Origin: Octopus vulgaris
Lineage: Eukaryota
Direction: 5' to 3'
Assembly: GCA_951406725.2 (NCBI GenBank)
Contig: OX597839.1
Location: forward strand, 3,782,001 to 3,846,000
Length of the DNA stretch: 64,000 nt
Shown here: one piece after another, positions 1 to 11,616 of the stretch
How the letters are laid out: every line of letters begins with the position of its first letter
How positions within the stretch are numbered: position 1 is the stretch's first letter
The notes under the pieces: generated by a model
What the model was told of the DNA's origin: nothing
Databases searched by the model: none
What the model saw: the letters and a program-made list of their open reading frames with translations, nothing else
Position numbers and translations under genes: made by a program

Positions 1-1054
1 CTAACGATTCTGCCAGCTCATACCATCATCATCATCATCCTCATCATAGGCACAGGAGAGGCCATGTGGTAAGTAGCTTGCTTACCAACCACATGGTTCC
101 GGGTTCAGTCCCACTACATGGCACCTTGGGCAAGTGTCTTCTACTATAGCCTCAGGTCGACCAAAGCTTTGTGAGTGGATTTGGTAGACGGAAACTGAAA
201 GAAGCCCGTTGTATATATGTATATATAAAAATATATAACAGCCATGTTATTTATCACTTTTTTTTTTGCATTAATTCGTTTGTACTTCGTTAAAAAAACA
301 AAACAACAGCAAAACCACCCCCAAATATTTGATGAAACAATACCTAAAAACCAGCAAAGCATTACTCTTTTACTTGTTTCAGTCATTTGACTGCAGCCAT
401 GCTGGAGCAAAACCTTTAATCGAGCAACTCGACCCTGGGACTTATTCTTTGTAAGCCCAGTACTTATTCTATCGGTCTCTTTTTGCCAAACCGCTAAGTG
501 ACGGGGACATAGACACACCAGCATCGGTTGTCAAGCAATGCTAGGGGGACAAACACAGACACACAAACATATATATACATATATACGACGGACTTCTTTC
601 AGTTTCCGTCTACCAAATCCACTCACAAGGCTTTGGTCTGCCCGGGGCTATAGCAGAAGACACTTGCTCAAGGTGCCACGCAGTGGGACTGAACCCGGAA
701 CCATGTGGTTGGTAAACAAGCTACTTACCACACAGCCACTCCTGTCTAACAATCGTACAAACATAAATATATGTTTTAAAAAACTATAGTAAAACTGCAG
801 AAAATCACAATTATAAGTAATAATTATTATTTAATAACAACATAGGCTGTCTGTCTGTTTCTCTCTCTCTCTCTCTCTTTCATATTCATTTATGCACATA
901 GTATAGTCTTCATTTTCAAAAGGAAACAAGGAAGAAAATATAGTTTTTTCAACCATCAATATATCCTTCTACTGAACAGTTCTTCTGGTTACACTACTGT
1001 CTCATGATGTTGTTATATAGTTTTTATCCTGTTCAGTTCTTTAAAAAAAGTCAC

Positions 1055-1268
1055 TTATACAATTTTATCTAACCAGTCTAACAGAGACTGGAGGTCAACA
1101 GGTACATCTTCTTTACTCAGGGCTGTGCACTCAGCAAACTCAATTTTCAGTGAATGAACATCAGAGAATTCAAAATCCTTGTTCCTTTTGCCAAGATAGG
1201 TGTTGTTGTTTTCGGAGGCACCATCACTTCCTCCCAGGGAAGCTGAATGTGTTGTTCTTACCACGTTG
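1055..1268 (-). CDS. SRPRB: SRPRB last exon
   Basis: NVVRTTHSASL...YLGKRNKDFEFS...EFAECTA...LLDWLDKIV*; TTCCAG acceptor; spliced CDS 795 nt = 264 aa. Confidence 0.92.
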
Positions 1269-1467
1269 CTGGAAGCAGAGAAGTTTATTTATTACTACTT
1301 TGACTAACAGAGACAAGTACAAGAGATAGAACAAATTCAACAGTGGGAAAGTGCTTAGTGTATTAAATTGGCAACAAGCAAAAAAGAAAAAGATGTCTAA
1401 AGACTACAAACATTGGTTTCATGTGAAAACGTCCTTCTCCCTTTGTGCATTTACAATGACGATGACA

Positions 1468-1838
1468 AGTTAAGTTAAGTTAATTTTTTGGCTCAAAAAG
1501 CAAAAAGCAAGGCCATGTAGGGAGACATGGAGTTATGTACAGGGAGGGTGTTCATGCAAAGAGTTCAGGCCATTTCTAGTCAAGGGAGACTTTGAACTGA
1601 GCGGTCGTCGGCATCTTCACTATCCTGTCCGGCAGCTTATTCCACGGATCCGCAACCCGGACGGAGAAAGCCCCTCTCCTTCGATTGAGTTGAAATCGTC
1701 GCAGATAGAGCTTTTCGGAGTGACCCCGCAGCCGACGCTCTGGAGCAGGAGTGAAGAACAGCTCTTTCGAGAGGTTACACTTTCCGCTTATGATGTTGTG
1801 AGCAAGAATGAGATCACCACGGCGTCGTCGTGGAAATT
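1468..1838 (-). mobile_element. 5'-truncated CR1/L2-like LINE 3' end
   Basis: RRRGDLI...LRGH..KL...FSVRVADPWNKLP...FK..LD C-terminal ORF2 motif, 3' UTR and (CTTAA)n tail. Confidence 0.8.
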
Positions 1839-2244
1839 TCTGCTCCAAATGATGATTTGGAGCAGAAATTCCAGACATGGAAACCAAACCAAGACTTGAA
1901 TGACCTTAACTCTTAACCTTTTTGTTAGCATATTTCTGTTGAGATGCTCTGTGTTTCTTTCAATTAATTTTTAATATAACAAAGAATTTAGTAAAATAAC
2001 TTTGTTATCATTCAGCTAGTGTAAGGAACATAAATTGTGACTAAGGTTTGGTGGAAGATTTTAAATTCAGAACATTTGAAAACAAGACATTTGTACTCAG
2101 GACCAGAGTCAGGTGGGTTGGTATCAGAAGGATTAACAATGGGAAAGTGTTTAGTCTATTAATTTTATTTCATCTCAGGATATTACAGAAACACTTTTCT
2201 ATGAATGTGTGTGCGTGTATGTTAGTGTCTGCCAGCGTAATACA

Positions 2245-2452
2245 CAGGAGTGTAGCTAGGGTAAACGGCACCCAGGGCAAGCACCAAAATTGCCCCCTCC
2301 CCCAACCAACCAACCAAACAGCAGAAACACGCATTAAAATAATGAATAACTGTTTTGTCTTTCATGGATTAGTTAGGAAATGATCTTGGTCAAAATTGCA
2401 CCCCCACCTCAAAGTGGCGCCCAGGGCATGTGCCCTGCTTGCTACGCCCCTG
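2245..2452. mobile_element. hAT-type MITE
   Basis: TIRs CAGGAGTGTAGC / GCTACGCCCCTG; 8-bp TSD GTAATACA on both sides. Confidence 0.85.
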
Positions 2453-2684
2453 GTAATACATAAAAGCTTTATAATTAACCATTTACCTGTCCAAAGCATT
2501 TTCATAAGTTTGTCTTAAGTTTCCATGATTGTTTTCAAACTTTTAGTTAACCCTTGTCTCACATATTCTGAGAATTTGATCTCAGAACGTAAAGACAGAC
2601 AAAATGCCTCCATGCACTTTGCCTGGCATGCCAATGATTCTGTCAGCTCACTGCCTTAATAATAATAATAATAATAACAATAAT

Positions 2685-3205
2685 CATCATCATCATCGTT
2701 TAACGTCCGTTTTCCATGCTGGCACGGGTTGGACGGTTCAACTGGGGTCTGGGAAGCCAGAAGGCTGCGCCAGACCCAGTCTGATCTGGCAGTGTTTCTA
2801 CAGCTGGATGCCCTTCCTAACGCCAACCACTCCGCAAGTATGGTGGGTGCTTTTTACGTGCCACCGGCACAGGTTTCAGGGGAGTCTGGCATCGGCCACA
2901 CTCGGATGGTGCTTTTTACGTGCCACCGGCACGGAAGCCAGTCAAGGCGGCGCTGGCATCGGCCATGCTCGGATGGTGCTTTTTACGTGCCACCGGCACA
3001 GAAGCCAGTCGAGGCGGCGCTGGCATCGGCCACGTTCGGATGGTGCTTTTTATGTGCCACCGGCACAGAATCCAGTCGAGGTGGCGCTGGCATCGGCCAT
3101 GCTCGGATGGTGCTTTTTACGTGCCACTGGCACAGAAGCCAGTCAACGCAGCGCTGGCATCGGCCACGTTCGGATGGTGCTTTTTATGTGCCACCGACAC
3201 AGGTA
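2685..3205 (-). mobile_element. SINE family C with (GAT)n tail and an internal ~67-bp tandem array (others at ~15410-15855, 15960-16350, 18985-19445, 21900-22340, 38915-39290, 49580-49950, 53030-53345, 57190-57485, 60525-61020)
   Basis: Tail GCATGGAAA(G)CGGACGTTAAACGATGATGAT (RTE-like); CGGATGGTGC recurs at 2903, 2970, 3037, 3104 and 3171. Confidence 0.85.
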
Positions 3206-3318
3206 TCAGCAACTACTATTTCCATTGATATTTATTTTGATGTTCATGTACTTGACTCAATAGGTCTCCTCATGATAATGAATGAAGAAATTCAAATAAC
3301 GAACAGGGAATTACTTAC

Positions 3319-3447
3319 AGCTCTTTCTCGAGGGTAGACTTTATAGCTTTTGCACCTTTAGCAAAAGTTTGATCTTGTTTGTTGCAAAGAATCAGGACTG
3401 GAGTAATTTTCAGGACAAGAGCATTGCACATCATCGTATACAAGTAC
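3319..3447 (-). CDS. SRPRB: SRPRB exon 6 (G4 motif NKQD)
   Basis: YLYTMMCNALVLKITPVLILCNKQDQTFAKGAKAIKSTLEKEL; GACAG acceptor, GTAAGT donor. Confidence 0.93.
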
Positions 3448-3966
3448 CTGTCCATACAAAATTAACAATTAACATTACATAGAAGCCTTACATAAACAAA
3501 CATGTACGTGTGTGTGTGTGTGTGAGTGAATGTGTGTATAGGAGTGGCTGTGTGGTGAGAAGCTTGCTTCCCAACCACATGCTTCCAGGTTCAGTCCCAC
3601 TGTGTGGCACCTTGGGCAAGTGTCTTCTACTATAGCCCTGGGCCAACTTAAAAAAACTGAAAAAAGCCCATTGTATATGTGTGTGTAAATAAAAAGGGGT
3701 TTGTATGATTGTGTATAGAGGGATATATATAATTCAAAGGAATTCAATTGAAACATTCCTGTCACAACATGGGACCTTGAAAACTGCTTAAATGCAAGAA
3801 AGTATACAAGTCCCTTAATATTTGATATTCAATATTTCATCTATTCAATAAGACAATACTTCATTTCATTTTACTATATATTCTATATTCTACATTAATA
3901 TTATGAAGAATATAAATAAAACATAAAAAACTGACAGAGTTGGAATTCCTTTGAAATATATATATA

Positions 3967-4356
3967 GGTGCAGGAGTGGCTGTGTGGTAAGTAGCTTGCT
4001 TACCAACCACATGGTTCCGGGTTCAGTCCCACTGCGTGGCCCTTGGGCACGTGTCTTCTACTATAGCCTCGGGCCGACCAATGCCTTGTGGGTGGATTTG
4101 GTAGACGGAAACTGAAATATATATACGTGTGTGTGTTTGCGTGTATGTTTGTGTGTCTGTGTTTGTCCCCCTAGCATTGCTTGACAACCGATGCTGGTGT
4201 GTTTATGTCCCCGTCACTTAGCGGTTCGGCAAAAGAGACCGATAGAATAAGTACTGGGCTTACAAAGAATAAGTCCCAGGGTCAAGTTGCTTGACTAAAG
4301 GCGATGCTCCAGCATGGCCGCAGTCAACTGACTGAAACAAATAAAAGAGTAAAAGA

Positions 4357-4358
<2 letters not shown>
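3967..4358 (+). mobile_element. Dominant ~390-bp tRNA-derived SINE, family A (about 30 copies or fragments in the window, e.g. 364-744-, 7330-7730-, 11980-12355-, 20848-21230+, 25457-25857+, 35584-35970+, 37054-37465-, 45560-45942-, 50272-50666+, 51563-51970-, 59054-59453+, 59643-60042-)
   Basis: A-box TGGCTGTGTGG, B-box GGTTCAGTCCC, CCTTGGGCA core, internal TA/TG tract, tail ACTGAAACAAGTAAAAGAGT. Confidence 0.9.
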
Positions 4359-4396
<38 letters not shown>

Positions 4397-4478
4397 TTAT
4401 TTCCCACAGGGGGGACAAACAATAATAATAATAATAAACCAAAAACATTATCAAAAAGCAATTAGGAAAATGACTCAC

Positions 4479-4538
4479 TCAGCAACATCCTTGATGCTCT
4501 TCTGGTATGTGGTGCTGTCAATCACAAACACAATGGCT
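4479..4538 (-). CDS. SRPRB: SRPRB exon 5
   Basis: AIVFVIDSTTYQKSIKDVAE; AACAG acceptor, GTGAGT donor. Confidence 0.92.
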
Positions 4539-4734
4539 CTGTTCAGGTAGTAAAAAAAAGATTTTATGAATAAATAATTAAATAATATATTATTCAAGAC
4601 TACATACATAGGTACAGGCATGGCTGTGTGGTATTAAGTTTACTGTTAAATTTTCCATGCTTGCATGGATCAGGAGGAGAGTCATTGAGGCGAATTTTCT
4701 ACAGCCAGATGCCTGTTTGCCAGCAACATGATAT

Positions 4735-4947
4735 TTAACCCGGCCAAAACCGGCTCTGGCTTTGTGGTAAAATGTTTTGTTTTCATAAGTTCTGAATTAA
4801 AATATTCCACCAAGCCTTAGTCACAATTTACGTTCCTAACACTAGCTTAATGATAACTAAGTTATTTTACTAAATTCTTTGTTATATTTAAAATAGCTGA
4901 AAGAAATACAGAGCATCTCAAAATAAATACAGTAACGAATGGGTTAA
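4735..4947. mobile_element. piggyBac-like TTAA MITE (related copies at ~1913-2136 and tandem partials at ~63190-63665)
   Basis: TTAA-CC...GGG-TTAA ends; shared internal sequence between copies. Confidence 0.65.
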
Positions 4948-5266
4948 ACCTAACGTGCGTTTTTTTTCCACATGTGCCCTGTGCTAGTAGGGTGCTAAGA
5001 GCACCATCCGAGCGTGATCGTTGCCAGAGCGGCTAACTGGCACCGTGCTGGTGGCATGTAAGAGGCACCATTCGAGCGGAACCATTACCAGCATCGAGTA
5101 AAGAGTAAAGGTGCTCAATTGATATGCATTTGACAGTGAATATAGGTTTACTTGATTGAGATTGACCTGGAGCTAAACAATAAAGGGTCACATCCTAAAC
5201 CCACCCCAGTTACTCTACCAAAATCTTCCTTATCCCACACCCAGTTGGCCTTTGGAAATAACTTAC

Positions 5267-5349
5267 CTTGTTAGCTTGCCATACTCTTCAAAAGCTTGTG
5301 TACGTAACCTCTCATGACCTGGCAAGTCGAATATGCGTATTGTTTTCTT
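5267..5349 (-). CDS. SRPRB: SRPRB exon 4 (G3 motif DLPGH)
   Basis: KKTIRIFDLPGHERLRTQAFEEYGKLTR; TTTCAG acceptor, GTAAGT donor; this frame is not in the ORF track. Confidence 0.93.
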
Positions 5350-5625
5350 CTGAAAGACACAAGATGAAAGGAAAAGAAAGATTGGAATTAACAACTAGCA
5401 TTATACATACATGAGCAAAATGCCCATTGCCAGTACCGCCTGACTGGCCTCTGTGCCGGTGGCACGTAAAAGCACCCACTACACTCTTGGAGTGGTTGGC
5501 GTTAGGAAGGGCATCCAGCTGTAGAAACTCTGCCAGATCAAGATTGAAGCTTGGTGCAGCCATCTGGTTCGCCAGCCCTCAGTCATTCGTCCAACCTATG
5601 CTAGCATGGAAAGCAGACGTTAAAC

Positions 5626-5826
5626 CAGTGGTTTTCAACCAGAGTTCCGCCAGTACAGTCCAGGGGTTCCGCAAGAAGTTACAAAAATGCTAAAATCGTC
5701 AGTAATTTTTAATTCTCCTGTGCAGATATGTGTGCATAAGACTATTAGATTATTGCACAGGGGTTCCTCGAGCCAGTGAAATGTTTTCTTGGGGTTCTGC
5801 TCCAGCAAAAAGGTTGAAAAGCACTG
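5626..5826. mobile_element. hAT (Charlie-like) MITE nested in a SINE tail
   Basis: TIRs CAGTGGTTTTCAACC / GGTTGAAAAGCACTG; 8-bp TSD CGTTAAAC. Confidence 0.88.
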
Positions 5827-6049
5827 CGTTAAACGATGATGGCTGGTTTAAATTTGATTCCTAACCGTTTAGCATTCAGATTACTCTGTCAAATGTAATG
5901 CTTATTTATTTCATCAAATCTGAAAGGATGAAGGGCAAAATTGATCTTGGCAATATTTGAATTCAGAAATGTAAAGGTCCAGAGAAAATGCTGCTAAGCA
6001 TTTCGTCCAGTGAGGAATGGTTCTGCCAGCTTGTCACCTTACCTAATAT

Positions 6050-6745
6050 AATGACACATGTTAGAAATAACTCTACATGGTACAATGAATGGAGGAACAC
6101 ATTAGAGTAGTTTCATTGTCTAGTGATAAGAGAGATGTCTAGCTTTTCAGAACACAGTGATAGCTAACATGTAGTGTTATACACTGTATTAATGGAAGTG
6201 ATAAAAGATACATGTAGCATTAAATACGACAATGATAGAGGTGATGCTGGGTACATGTAGCTTTACACATGGAAATGACGGAAATGGTGCCAGGCATAGG
6301 TAACATCACACATGGGGATGATGGAAGTGATGCCAGGTGCATGTAGTGTCACATGGGAATGGTGAAAGCGATAACTAATACATGTGAGTTTTTACACACA
6401 GAATTTAGGATGGAAGAAGTAGCAAATACATGTAGCATTAAACATGGTAATAATGAAAGGAATGCTTGACATGTAACATTACAACTGGCAGTGATGGAAG
6501 TATTAAAAGACACGTGATAACAAACATGTAGCATTAAGCATGGCAATAGTTGAAGTGTGCTACTGGCACATGGAGCTCAACTTTAGATAGTAGTGAAAGT
6601 GATAACTGACACATGTGGCTTAGCATTGCATACAGCAATGAGGGAAGTGTCAACAGACTCATGTAGCATTGAACACAACAATAAAGTAGTACATGTAGCT
6701 CAGCTTTATACATGGTAAGGATAGAAATGACAGAAAACAATCAAC
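6050..6745. repeat. Degenerate ~43-bp minisatellite in SRPRB intron 3
   Basis: CATGTAG-like core at 6168, 6211, 6254, 6297, 6340, 6381, 6429, 6470 and onward. Confidence 0.75.
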
Positions 6746-6856
6746 TTCATAACTGATGCATGCAGCTTACAATGATAAATGAAACATGTGGATGCATTGT
6801 TGCTGATAAAATGACAGGTTGACGGAGAGCAGACTTTGAATGGGTCGAGCCCTTAC

Positions 6857-6931
6857 CTTTTTAGGGGTGGTAAAAGATCCAGCATTGCTTTTGATCGAGG
6901 TGTAAGTCTCTTTGAAGCTTTTATGGATCAA
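6857..6931 (-). CDS. SRPRB: SRPRB exon 3 (switch I, TYTSI)
   Basis: LIHKSFKETYTSIKSNAGSFTTPKK; CTACAG acceptor, GTAAGG donor. Confidence 0.9.
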
Positions 6932-8406
6932 CTGTAGAAAGAAAAATGAAATTAGCACAAGGTTTCACATTTAAAGAAAGAGACAGAAAAAAAAAAACCA
7001 CTGATTAACCCTTTGGTTATTTAAACTGGCCATATCCGGCCCCGCCCAGATATTCTAACTGTTTTATGCTAAGACTGACCAGATCCAACCTCTCACACCT
7101 ACCCTACGATGGGGGTGCTAAAAAGTTCCTGGCTTTAGATGAAAAGAAAATACAGGAGAATCAGTTAATTATGATTTCATTCAACATATTCTCATTTCAA
7201 ATTCACACACTTATTGCGGTGATCCTTCAGTTTTTCTAAGCCCTGTAAAAGAACTCTGAAGGTCAGGCCCCCAACCAGGCCTTTCGCAATACCTTTGAAG
7301 TCAGGAACATTTTTCAGCACTCCCTTATATTCTCTTTTACTCTTTTACTTGTTTCAGTCATTAAACTGCGGCCATGCTGGAGCACCGCATTTAATCGAGC
7401 AACTTGACCCCGAGACTTATTCTTTTTTGTAAGCCCAGTACTTATTCTATCGGTCTCTTTTGCCAAACCGCTAAGTAACAGGGACATAAACACACCAGCA
7501 TCGGTTGTCAAGCAATGCTAGGGGGACAAACACAGACACACAAACAAACACACATGCATATATATATATACATATATACGACAGGCTTCTTTCAGTTTCC
7601 GTCTACCAAATCCACTCACAAGGCATTGGTTGACCCGGGACTATAGCAGAAGACACTTGCCCAAGATGCCACGCAGTGGGATTGAACCCGGAACCATGTG
7701 GTTGGTTAGCAAGCTACTTACCACACAGCCACATATATATCATCATCATCATTTAACGTCCGTTTTCCATGCTAGCATGTGTTGGACGGTTCAACTGGGG
7801 TCTGGGAAGCCAGGAGGCTGCACTAGCCAACAGTCTGATCTGGCAGTGTTTCTACAGCTGACAATGTATAATTAATTCCAGTCAATGGAAATAAATAAGC
7901 AGTACATTTGACAAAGAAATCTGAACGCTAAAGGGTTAAGTTGATACCAGTATATTACTGGTATTTGTTTTATGGACCCATAGAGAAATAAAAAATCACA
8001 GTTGGACCCTGCAGGATTTGAACTCAGAAACATTGGAAGAGAAAACCGAATACTATGAGACGTTTTTCTCATTGCTCTGTTGTTTTAGTCACTCCAATAA
8101 CACTATTACAATGTTAAAATTGATGATCATGCAAATAATAATCCTTTCTACTAAAGGCACAAGGCCTGAAATTTGTGGGGGGGGGGGGGACAGACAAACG
8201 AATTAAGTCAATTATATCGATCCCCAGTGTTTCACTGGTCCTTAAATTATCGACCCCGAAAGGATGAAAGGCAAAGTCGAACTCAGTGGAATTTGAACTC
8301 AGAACATAGCGACAGACAAAATACTACTAAGCATTTCGCTCGGTGTGCTAACAATTCTGCCAGCTTGTCATGATAATAATAATAACAATAATAATAATAA
8401 TATTTG

Positions 8407-8480
8407 AGGAAAATTTTCAAAAATTTTTGGGAAAAATTTTCAAAAATTTTTAGGGAAAATTTTCAAAAATTTTTGGGGAA
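8407..8480. repeat. ~23-bp tandem repeat (3 copies) of palindromic A/T tracts
   Basis: GGAAAATTTTCAAAAATTTTT x3. Confidence 0.85.
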
Positions 8481-8538
8481 TAATAAATAATATTAATTAA
8501 AAGTGGAATGAAATTATGTAAAATAAAAAGTGGATTAC

Positions 8539-8633
8539 CTGAGTAAAAATAAGTGTTTTCCCAGCATCACAAATTCCAGCTAATATTATTCCTTGCTTTT
8601 TGCTCCTCTTTCCAATAAATATTAGCAATAAAA
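8539..8633 (-). CDS. SRPRB: SRPRB exon 2 (end of TM segment, G1/P-loop)
   Basis: LLLIFIGKRSKKQGIILAGICDAGKTLIFTQ; TTCCCAG acceptor, GTAATC donor. Confidence 0.93.
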
Positions 8634-9520
8634 CTGGGAAAACAAGAAAGAATAAAAAAAAAAATAATGAGGTAGATATACATAGATAAGTGCTTGTATA
8701 CATGCATGTGCGTATGTATGTGTGTGTGAGGAGGGATCTCTCTCATCATGTGTAATTTCAATTTACGTTTACTCATCTACTTGTTTCAGTCATTTGACTG
8801 CGGCCATGCTGGAGCACCGCCTTTAATCGAGCAAATCGACCCCAGGATTTATTCTTTGTAAGCCTAGTACTTATTCTACCGGTCTCTTTTGCCGAACCAC
8901 TAAGTTACAGGCACGTAAACACACAACCATCGGTTGTCAAGCGATGTTGGGGGAACAAACACAAACACATAAACATATACACACACATATACATATATAC
9001 AACAGGCTTCTTTCAGTTTCTGTCTACCAAATCCACTCACAAGGCTTTGGTCAGCCCGAGGCTATAGTAGAAAACATTTGCCCACTAAATTGTGGGTTCA
9101 ATTCTCTGATTGGGTGGTATGTTGTGTTCTTGAGCAAAACACTTCATTTCATGTTGCTCAAGTTCCCACTTTCAATCATAGGGGAATGTTGACCTGTTCA
9201 CCTAGCCAGTGGGGTTGCGTCATTTGAAAATTAAAACAATGCAAAAATGCGCATTGTAACCAGCGATGTGTAACAACATCTAATAGCCTGGTCGGTCATG
9301 TGAAATTCACCTTGTATCTTGACCTCACATCTCGCTCTCCAGATGGAGAAGCTGGTCTTACAGAAATAACCTTGTCCGGACTTGTGCCTATCCCAAGGTC
9401 ATTTATGACCGATGGGGTCTTTACCATTTTACCCGATTGAGCTGACCTATGACCATAAGCATACAACACACACACACATACACAAAAGCCGTTCGATTCA
9501 CTTCAACATTTAAGTTTAAT

Positions 9521-9569
9521 TTGTCAAAATATTTTCGTCGCTTTAAGACCGCGACCTGTTCACTGACAA
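9521..9569 (-). ncRNA. Minimal type I hammerhead-ribozyme-like motif, G3-C8 core variant
   Basis: UUGUCA-GUGAACA-G-GUCGC(GGUCUUAAA)GCGAC-GAAA-AUAU-U-U-UGACAA. Confidence 0.55.
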
Positions 9570-11033
9570 AAATCCGTGCTGCATCTGTTTCGTTTCAGCA
9601 CACGATCTCAGATCAAATCACTTACTATGCAAGTACATCACCGTAACACACACATATGATTCTCCAAAATGAGATGAAAGTGCTAGATAAATAATTATTC
9701 TAAAATTCTAACTACCTTCTTTTTCTTACACACACACACACCTACACCAAACACATATACAAAGGAATAGGGATCTTAAAATCCAGGCGGATACCTTACA
9801 AGCACTCTGTTGAAATCCGAACTTGGCTAACCGTATCGAACAGTAGGGAACGTCAGAAATCGTAAAGAATAAACAATTACAGCTGTATTTCTTTCGATTG
9901 GTAAATCCCGAGTTCGCTCCTAGGATCTCGTCTAAAATCCCAGAGTATATTTGAAAGACATAATAAAGAATGGAAAATTATACAGCTTTAATTATTTGGT
10001 GGAAAATTTTAATTAAGATTGTATAATTCTACATTTTTTTTTTACAGGCAACCATGAGGGTTAATATATAGATCCGCGCCCGGTTTAGAAAAATGGAAAA
10101 AAATATGTGTAACAGGTGTAAGGCATCGTATATTGAAGGAATATGACGAAAAAAAAGCGCGCTGACAAAGGGTGGGGTGGGGAGGGGAGTTGTACGTGTA
10201 TTTCATAGAGCCAGCCTTGTCCCGTTCTGTGTCAACGCTAAGTCCCTTTGAGAACTATGTTAAGGGTTCGCGTACTTGTGATGTGCTCAGCCACTTGCAC
10301 AGTAATTTCGCGAGCAGGCTGTTCCGTTGATCGAATCAACTGGAATCTTCGTCATCATAACGGCCGGAGTATCTGTTTCTTTATTACCCACAAGGGGCTA
10401 AACATAGAGGGGGACAAACAAGCGGATTAAGTCGATTACACCGACCCCCAATGCGTAACTGGTACTTAATTTATCGACCCCGAAAGGATGAAAGGCAAAG
10501 TCGACCCCGGCGGAATTTGAACTCACAACGTAACGGCAGACGAAATACGGCTACGCATTTCGCCCGGCGTGCTAACTTGCGGAGTATCATACGCATATAT
10601 GGAGACAAAAAAAAAAGGGGAAAAAAAGCAAATCAAAAATCCCTCCTTCCTCAAAATGTCAACACAATTTTAAATAGGAGAAAGGGAAAATATTTAGATA
10701 TGATGAATTGTTAGCATTACGACTTAAATTCAGTCGCAGTTGGGACTTCGAAGGACAGTTATTTTAGAACTCTACCTTATGAGAGATGAATTTATCGAAG
10801 ATGCTCCGGTTCACTATAAAATTACTTGTCGATGAAGTTAAAAGATCAATTACTCGAAATGAATAACGGATCTACAACGAACCGGTTTTTATAGCTTCTT
10901 TCCTCGTGGTTCCATTTATGCTGATAGAATTTAATGCTTTAACTTCTGCAGGTTGTTTGGAAGCGCAAACGTAGGCATCGAATGGATTCTAGAATGATGT
11001 AGCTCTTGGAAAAGGAGCCCAATAAAAAAAAAA

Positions 11034-11439
11034 GGCAATCTTTCGTCTCTAGTAGACCTTTCCGTCGATTTCCGTAAAAAAATTTTTTTTTACATATGGG
11101 CTTGCGGGAACTTTTGAAGTAATGAGAGCGAAAGAGACTAAGAGAAAGCGATTGTATGACGAGGGAAGTTCTTTTGAAGTTACCGTGCATGTGAAGCATT
11201 GATGTATATGTGTGTGTGTGTGGGGGGAGACAGACAGTATGTTGTGTAAGTGAAATGCTTCTGTTAGTGTGTGTGAAGAGACAGAGTAATGTGTGAAAGA
11301 AAGAGATAACTGAAATTTTTACTCGGTGTATGTGTATATGTATGTATATTACTTCAAAAGTTCCCGCAAGCCCATATGTAAAAAAAAAAAAAAATTTACG
11401 GAAATCGACGGAAAGGTCTACTAGAGACGAAAGATCGCC
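11034..11439. mobile_element. Long-TIR MITE in SRPRB intron 1
   Basis: ~90-bp near-perfect inverted repeats (11034-11123 / 11348-11439) starting GGCRATCTTTCG; poly-A flanks. Confidence 0.8.
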
Positions 11440-11616
11440 AAAAAAAATATGTTTAATTGCGATACTTGAACAGATAAATCCCGATACTAAACGGAGATAA
11501 TCCTTAAAAAACCAAGCTTGGAGCCCACGCTTTATCCGTCTGTGTGGAAACATACTGTAAAATAAATACGGCGTTTTTTTCAATATAAATAATAACAATA
11601 GACACAGAGTACTTAC

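Noticed and set aside
2843-3205. CRISPR-like repeat-spacer array
   Set aside because: The 'spacers' are homologous to each other, the arrays sit inside dispersed SINEs with (GAT)n tails, the context is eukaryotic and there are no cas genes.
2604-3337. 200-aa ORFs here and many similar ORFs (e.g. 21952, 38901, 49282)
   Set aside because: Translations of SINE tandem units that are open in several frames at once.
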